DNA of 64,000 bases from Escherichia virus TH38. The notes beneath the pieces are model-generated. The model searched no databases, was not told where the DNA came from, and saw only the letters and a program-made list of their open reading frames with translations. This document shows positions 59,125 through 64,000 of this stretch, piece after piece. Location of the stretch: sequence record MT446410.1; one strand, 5' to 3'. Position numbers and translations under genes: made by a program. Position 1 is the first letter of the stretch. Each line of letters starts with the position of its first letter.

Positions 59125-59321
59125 TAATAATAAACCTTACTGTTAACACAAAAAGCACCTTCACTATTCACGATAGCTTTTCCTAGTGTAACCTTATTAA
59201 GTCTAAAAGTAGATTTGTATTGATTTTTGACCCTACGTGCGTGCTCTCGAGTCTTAACAAAATCTACAGCTACTAACTCTCCAGTCGTGTTATCATGTAC
59301 ACGAACAATCCACTTTTTCAT
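59124..59321 (-). CDS. Small basic protein, tandem paralog 1 of 3 (C-terminal ...KVYY)
   Basis: As above. Confidence 0.5.
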   Translation of the reverse strand: MKKWIVRVHDNTTGELVAVDFVKTREHARRVKNQYKSTFRLNKVTLGKAIVNSEGAFCVNSKVYY

Positions 59322-59855
59322 TTACACACCTTTAGATGCAACTACACCTTCAGAGTTATTATAACGACCCTTCACTGCATAGGAGTGCTCCCCTGCATGA
59401 GAGTGCTCAAACATAACCATCTGACCAACACGCATACCAGCACGAACTCGTAAGCTATGATGCTTGGTTACGTTATGGAATTCAAATGTCAGCTTACTGC
59501 TATTAAACCCTGCGTCTGCCCACCCAGCGTGGAGATGGTTCAAACCACAACGAGCCATAGATGAACGCAGAACAAACAGACTTGAGATGTTATCTGGAAG
59601 ATTAAACTCCTCCATAGAGTGAGCCAAGAAGAACTGACCCGGAGTGATAACCAAACCCTCTTCAGGAATCTTTACTTCCTTCCACTGAAGATTCTCTTTC
59701 GCATCAATATCAACGATGCCATCAGCCTGTTCTTCAACAAGGATAGTATCACCAATACGGATATCCACACTAGCAGCGTTAACATACTTATGCTCCGCAT
59801 CCAGATAGCCATTGTCAATTACATCGTGCAGTTCAACACTTCCTAGTAAACTCAT
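59322..59855 (-). CDS. dCTP deaminase / dUTPase-superfamily enzyme
   Basis: ASVDIRIGD, ITPGQFFLA and RSSMARCGL...HAGWADAGF motifs. Confidence 0.55.
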   Translation of the reverse strand: MSLLGSVELHDVIDNGYLDAEHKYVNAASVDIRIGDTILVEEQADGIVDIDAKENLQWKEVKIPEEGLVITPGQFFLAHSMEEFNLPDNISSLFVLRSSMARCGLNHLHAGWADAGFNSSKLTFEFHNVTKHHSLRVRAGMRVGQMVMFEHSHAGEHSYAVKGRYNNSEGVVASKGV

Positions 59856-59864
59856 TCTTATTCC

Positions 59865-61226
59865 TTAGTTGTTTGTTTCCATGTCAAAAGAGATTCCACG
59901 ACCCGCTTCATCGGCAAACCGAACTGTGCGGGTTTGAGGTTCTAATACTTCAGGGTTGTTAGCAACAAAGCGGTCAGCGAGATTTCGACTGATGGTCTCA
60001 GCAAGTTCCTCATGAGAAGGAACATCAAGACTACCTGCCACATCTTGGGCCACACCTTCATCAGTCCACACAGCCCTAACAGGTGCGTTGATATCACCAA
60101 CAGCAAAACCCTGACCAGAGAACTGACGTGCGCTAACAGTTAAACCATTTGGACGACCACGAGAAGGACTAGCCATCCATCTCTCCATAGAATCACTTGT
60201 AATACCAAGAGCTTCTTCAAAAGATGTTCTACGAGTAGGGCTTACTCTTCGTGACTCTTGTGCTCGGCGCATTGCAGGGGCTACAAACACCCCTTCAATT
60301 GCATTGTGCCGATTAGGTTCATCTTCTCGACCAAGGAGATCTCCTCCTGTATTAGTTGTTAAGTTTGTCAACCCTTCAGACCAATATGCACGAATCTGGC
60401 TAGAGCCATGAATGCTTGACATTAACTGAATCTCTTCATAAGGGATTCCAAAGAATCGACTCATGTCTCGGTTAACACAATATTGAGCACTTGTTGTATC
60501 CTCAATAAGAGAAACCTGACCTAATCCATTAACCAGATGACTAACCGGCTGGGGTGTGGGAAGATATCGAGTTTGGGCCATGTATTGATGTGCAACTGCT
60601 GGAGAGGAAAATCTCAATACTTGCGAGTTAGGCCACTTCTTGTGAACGTATCTGATTTCACGACTAGAAACAACCACTGGACAGGGGGCGGTCATAGCCA
60701 AATACCCATGAGAAGTCATGAATAAATTGTCAAGAGTCATCGCACCACGACACATCATAGGAAAATTATCCAATACCTCTTCAATAGAAGTAGGATAATT
60801 AAACATGAATTGGATACGAACCCCATTCCACTGAAACTCAATAATATCAGTGAATGTTAATTGAGAACCCCCAGCATAGGATTCGTTCGTAGCTTCAGCA
60901 AGAAGGGATGCATACTCGATATCTTGTGACTCTAGCCATTCCTTCACATTACTTTCAATCTCTCTTCCAAGAGCTTGCCAACGGTCAGTTGGGATGGATA
61001 TGTTTTGAGTTCTTGGTGTTTGTCCTCTGACAATAAAGATATCAATGTCATGTGGAGCTGTGTTATTAAGCACAGCATCTCGAACAGCCCCACCAGTAAT
61101 GATGGGACAGATACCGTCTGGAATTAAGTTGTTATTAATCAATTGCTCAATGAAGTGACGACCAACAGTGATATCAGGTTGTTGAGAAACCTTATCTTCA
61201 ATTTGGTTAATCGGGATAACAATCAT
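59865..61226 (-). CDS. Pol-beta superfamily nucleotidyltransferase (tRNA CCA-adding / poly(A) polymerase head-like) with about 330-aa extension
   Basis: ITGGAVRDAVLNNTAPHDIDIF; start taken at the ATG one nt after the exonuclease stop. Confidence 0.5.
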   Translation of the reverse strand: MIVIPINQIEDKVSQQPDITVGRHFIEQLINNNLIPDGICPIITGGAVRDAVLNNTAPHDIDIFIVRGQTPRTQNISIPTDRWQALGREIESNVKEWLESQDIEYASLLAEATNESYAGGSQLTFTDIIEFQWNGVRIQFMFNYPTSIEEVLDNFPMMCRGAMTLDNLFMTSHGYLAMTAPCPVVVSSREIRYVHKKWPNSQVLRFSSPAVAHQYMAQTRYLPTPQPVSHLVNGLGQVSLIEDTTSAQYCVNRDMSRFFGIPYEEIQLMSSIHGSSQIRAYWSEGLTNLTTNTGGDLLGREDEPNRHNAIEGVFVAPAMRRAQESRRVSPTRRTSFEEALGITSDSMERWMASPSRGRPNGLTVSARQFSGQGFAVGDINAPVRAVWTDEGVAQDVAGSLDVPSHEELAETISRNLADRFVANNPEVLEPQTRTVRFADEAGRGISFDMETNN

Positions 61227-61227
61227 T

Positions 61228-61785
61228 TTACATTTTCCAATATAATGAAGGTGGGTCGTAAGGGTCGAATCCTGTGAGTTCACACAAGTATTTATAAACC
61301 TTAACGGTTAAGTTAACGTCCTGTTCACAATAAGTAAACATATCTTCAGTGAAAGCATCCCATGCTTCCTCTTGCTCACCGTAATCTCCTTTAAGTTCCT
61401 CTAAGAACTCACCCCACTGCTTCAAGCCATGACCTCTTGGGCCATGTCTAGGGTCGCCTTTCGGATACTCAGGACTGTCACCAATACGGTCAGGTTTAAG
61501 ATATCGACTAAGACATAGAGTGTCAAAGACGTTAAAATGATATTTAATCAAAGAAGGATACATCTTCTTCAGAGCAGGTAAGTCGAAGTCAATAATGTTA
61601 TGACCAACGAGCACATCAGCTTCTGTAAGTTTACGAATCCCGTCTTCAATTTGGTGAGGCCGATAGCCCCACCTTTCACCAGTTTCAACATTGAAGATGT
61701 AAATACACCATACTTTAGTTATGTCATCGTACAGTGCATTACTCTCGATATCGAATGCAAACACTTTCTTCTTTTTCTTTACCAC
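61228..61785 (-). CDS. Stand-alone DEDDy 3'-5' exonuclease domain protein
   Basis: FDIES (Exo I), HNIIDFD (Exo II), YCEQD (Exo III). Confidence 0.6.
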   Translation of the reverse strand: MVKKKKKVFAFDIESNALYDDITKVWCIYIFNVETGERWGYRPHQIEDGIRKLTEADVLVGHNIIDFDLPALKKMYPSLIKYHFNVFDTLCLSRYLKPDRIGDSPEYPKGDPRHGPRGHGLKQWGEFLEELKGDYGEQEEAWDAFTEDMFTYCEQDVNLTVKVYKYLCELTGFDPYDPPSLYWKM

Positions 61786-63569
61786 GGTGAAGCTCCATCT
61801 GCTTGGTTGACGAGAGAAGCTGCATCCTCTCCGTTAGTTAAAACGAATGGATTATCTTCATCAACTTCAAAGTCTTCCCTTTCTACAAGTCTACCGGTTT
61901 CACTGATATACTTAGTATAGCAGACACCCGTCTGACCGTAGTTACGTTCTTTCAGTAATCGAATGACTGAGAGGTTCTTAGCTAAGCCATCAGCTTGCTT
62001 GTCGCGCTCAAAGCCAATGATACACTGACACCAACGCATAAGGGAACGAGAACCAGTGAACTGCACTTCACGTACCTGTCCACCTTCTTCATGAGGAGCA
62101 CCACCTGCCGGAGCATTAAGGTGAGATAGCACGAAAGCGGTAAAGTCTAACTCTTTACACATACCAGCAAGCTCGGAAGCAATCTTACTGATTTCAGTGT
62201 TAATCTCTGAAGGTGTTAAATGAGATACCAGAGCGGTAATGTTATCAAGGATGATAAACTTACACTGGTTTTCAACTACCCAGAAACGGATACACTGTTT
62301 AATGTCTTCCCATTCGTTCTGTCCGAAGTTGTCATACAAGAAGAATTTGTCTGCATAACGAAGTGCTTCATTACGCAAATCCTCCTCATCATATTCAACA
62401 TCAGGTCGGTGGAAAGGAATTGATGCTGACTTACCAGCAATGTTCTTAACAGACATGCCTACCTTCTCTTCCAAGAAGAAGCCACCTCCATTAAAACCAT
62501 GCTCTAAGCACAGATGGGCAACCAGCTCGTGAGCAATGAGTGTTTTACCACTCCCTACTCCACCACCAATTGCTACCACCTCTCCCCATCGAATACCGAA
62601 GGTCATCTCATTCAGAGTCTTCCACGGATATGGGATACCCCACTCCGCTTTCTTCAGAGCATCATCAAGACAATCAAAGATTGTTACAGCTCCAGCAGGA
62701 GATTCCCGCTTTGCTGAGTACTTGAGAATGTTGAATAACTCTTGACCACGACCAGACAGAAGCATGTCATTCGCATCCTTAATCTCTTTCTCCACACCGT
62801 TGTATGGGAAAGTTCCTTTAGGAATACGAGCAAACTTAACATGAGGGAATAAAGAACGACCTTTTGTTAAAGCTATCTCACCTGCATCATCGTTGTCCAT
62901 GCAGAGCACAACCTCCTCAAAACCATTTACGAAGTCTCGGTTACGAGACAACACAGAAGAGATTGAACCTGCACCGAACGGTAAAGAAACACATGCTGGT
63001 TTAATGTTTGTTGCATTTGTAAAAGCTGTAAGGACATGGAAACCTGACATACAGGATAGCGGGTCTTCAAAAATGAACAGCTTCTTGTTGTACACATCTC
63101 CACGTTGAGCTTGTGCCATACCGAACAAATCTGCTTCTTTCACACTGCCGACGTAATAGAACTTCTTACTATCTAGCAGCTTAACCTCATATCCGACAAT
63201 GTTTCCATCACGTTCACGAGGAAAGAAGTAACTGTCTGGTGTCTGACCATCAGTTTGACTGAGGCCAATACGACACTCAAAACGCTCTGATACAGCTTTT
63301 GGGATTAAACGGCGAGTAAGTTCACCCTGAGGAAGCTCTAAGCAATCATCTAAGACTTCTCTCAACTCTTCAGGGGATAACTCTTTCTTCTCGTTTGGAG
63401 TAGGTGTAGTGCCCTTTTCGAACACTTCGTAATTCCCACAACGGTTACAACTTCCCCACTCCTCACCAGTCTCTTCGTTACGGAAGAGAATCATGTGGTT
63501 GTGGGTTTTATCACGACCATGAGAGATACATTCCTTACAACCTGTGTCTCCCAAAATGATCTTTGACAT
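61779..63569 (-). CDS. T7 gp4-like primase-helicase
   Basis: N-terminal zinc finger CKEC...CNRCG; DnaB-like Walker [10 protein letters not shown]. Confidence 0.7.
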   Translation of the reverse strand: MSKIILGDTGCKECISHGRDKTHNHMILFRNEETGEEWGSCNRCGNYEVFEKGTTPTPNEKKELSPEELREVLDDCLELPQGELTRRLIPKAVSERFECRIGLSQTDGQTPDSYFFPRERDGNIVGYEVKLLDSKKFYYVGSVKEADLFGMAQAQRGDVYNKKLFIFEDPLSCMSGFHVLTAFTNATNIKPACVSLPFGAGSISSVLSRNRDFVNGFEEVVLCMDNDDAGEIALTKGRSLFPHVKFARIPKGTFPYNGVEKEIKDANDMLLSGRGQELFNILKYSAKRESPAGAVTIFDCLDDALKKAEWGIPYPWKTLNEMTFGIRWGEVVAIGGGVGSGKTLIAHELVAHLCLEHGFNGGGFFLEEKVGMSVKNIAGKSASIPFHRPDVEYDEEDLRNEALRYADKFFLYDNFGQNEWEDIKQCIRFWVVENQCKFIILDNITALVSHLTPSEINTEISKIASELAGMCKELDFTAFVLSHLNAPAGGAPHEEGGQVREVQFTGSRSLMRWCQCIIGFERDKQADGLAKNLSVIRLLKERNYGQTGVCYTKYISETGRLVEREDFEVDEDNPFVLTNGEDAASLVNQADGASPW

Positions 63570-63595
63570 GCTCTTCCTCCTTGGAATCCTTGAGC

Positions 63596-63799
63596 TTAGT
63601 AGAACGAACGAATTTCATCCCACACTTGTTCCTGTTCTTTCCTATAAAAAGAAAGTTGGGTCTTGAACATCTCCACTGATGATTCAAAGTTTTTAGATTG
63701 TGCAGCTTCAACGAAACGTTCATGTCGATTGATTTTGCACCGTAGCATTAAATACTTGGCTTCAAGTCTCCGAAGAGCCTGTCTTTTCTCAAGATTCAC
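63596..63799 (-). CDS. Hypothetical protein (67 aa, non-ATG start)
   Basis: ORF; an overlapping alternative frame 63535-63723 also exists. Confidence 0.3.
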   Translation of the reverse strand: MNLEKRQALRRLEAKYLMLRCKINRHERFVEAAQSKNFESSVEMFKTQLSFYRKEQEQVWDEIRSFY

Positions 63800-64000
63800 T
63801 TTTCAGATACTCTGACCAGTCGCCAGATTCAACCAGAACATCTTGTTCTTCGTCGATATGATAAATCCAAGCGATAACAGTTTCACCTGAGTCCAGCTTA
63901 ACGGCAATCTGAGTACGCTGATAGAAGCTGTCTTCAGGGCTACGTTTATTGTAACCTTCCAGACGGTCATACGGACCTTCCAGACCTGCTTTGTCAGTAG
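63789..64000 (-). CDS. C-terminal fragment of a gene running off the window
   Basis: Open minus-strand frame to the window edge, ending ...IAWIYHIDEEQDVLVESGDWSEYLKSES. Confidence 0.4.
   Translation of the reverse strand, partial: TDKAGLEGPYDRLEGYNKRSPEDSFYQRTQIAVKLDSGETVIAWIYHIDEEQDVLVESGDWSEYLKSES

Noticed and set aside
61250-61275. tRNA-like T-arm sequence gggtcgaatcc
   Set aside because: No flanking acceptor, D or anticodon stems; it lies in coding sequence at the exonuclease/nucleotidyltransferase gene boundary.
61226-61283. Programmed frameshift joining the exonuclease ORF to the nucleotidyltransferase ORF
   Set aside because: An in-frame ATG lies 1 nt after the exonuclease stop (TAA-A-ATG), so ordinary translational coupling explains the apparent 56-nt overlap of the longest-ORF calls.

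Overview
This window holds two different things. No searches were run; every protein call is from motifs read by eye, and promoter/terminator coordinates are approximate to a few bases. (1) Positions 1-3344 are a complete ColE1-family plasmid unit of about 3.17 kb: RNA II/RNA I origin, rop, a MobC-like gene, a cer site with an exact XerCD core, an HTH gene and a small-ORF plus toxin-like pair. It is present as about 1.05 copies, so a 171-bp direct repeat bounds it (1-172 and 3174-3344), and it abuts phage DNA at about 3340. (2) The remainder is a lytic podophage-like genome that looks most like phiEco32-type phages (own sigma factor, no phage RNA polymerase); that family placement is inference. 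The phage part has a leftward early block (3.3-10.5 kb) with sigma70-consensus promoters in an AT-rich 1.9-kb region, a divergent control region with iteron-like repeats (10.5-11.7 kb), a rightward virion/lysis block (11.7-42.2 kb) and a leftward replication and nucleotide-metabolism block (42.5-64 kb). The virion block runs from terminase, portal, scaffold and capsid (with a -1 frameshift Ig-like extension) through fibers, lysozyme and internal virion proteins. The replication block includes a primase-helicase, a family A polymerase whose exonuclease domain is a separate gene 9 kb away, a Pol-beta nucleotidyltransferase, and Dps-like, macro-domain, PhoH and sigma-factor genes. No rRNA, tRNA or CRISPR array was recognised. 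The ORF track omits genes under 60 aa; at least two such genes are evident.
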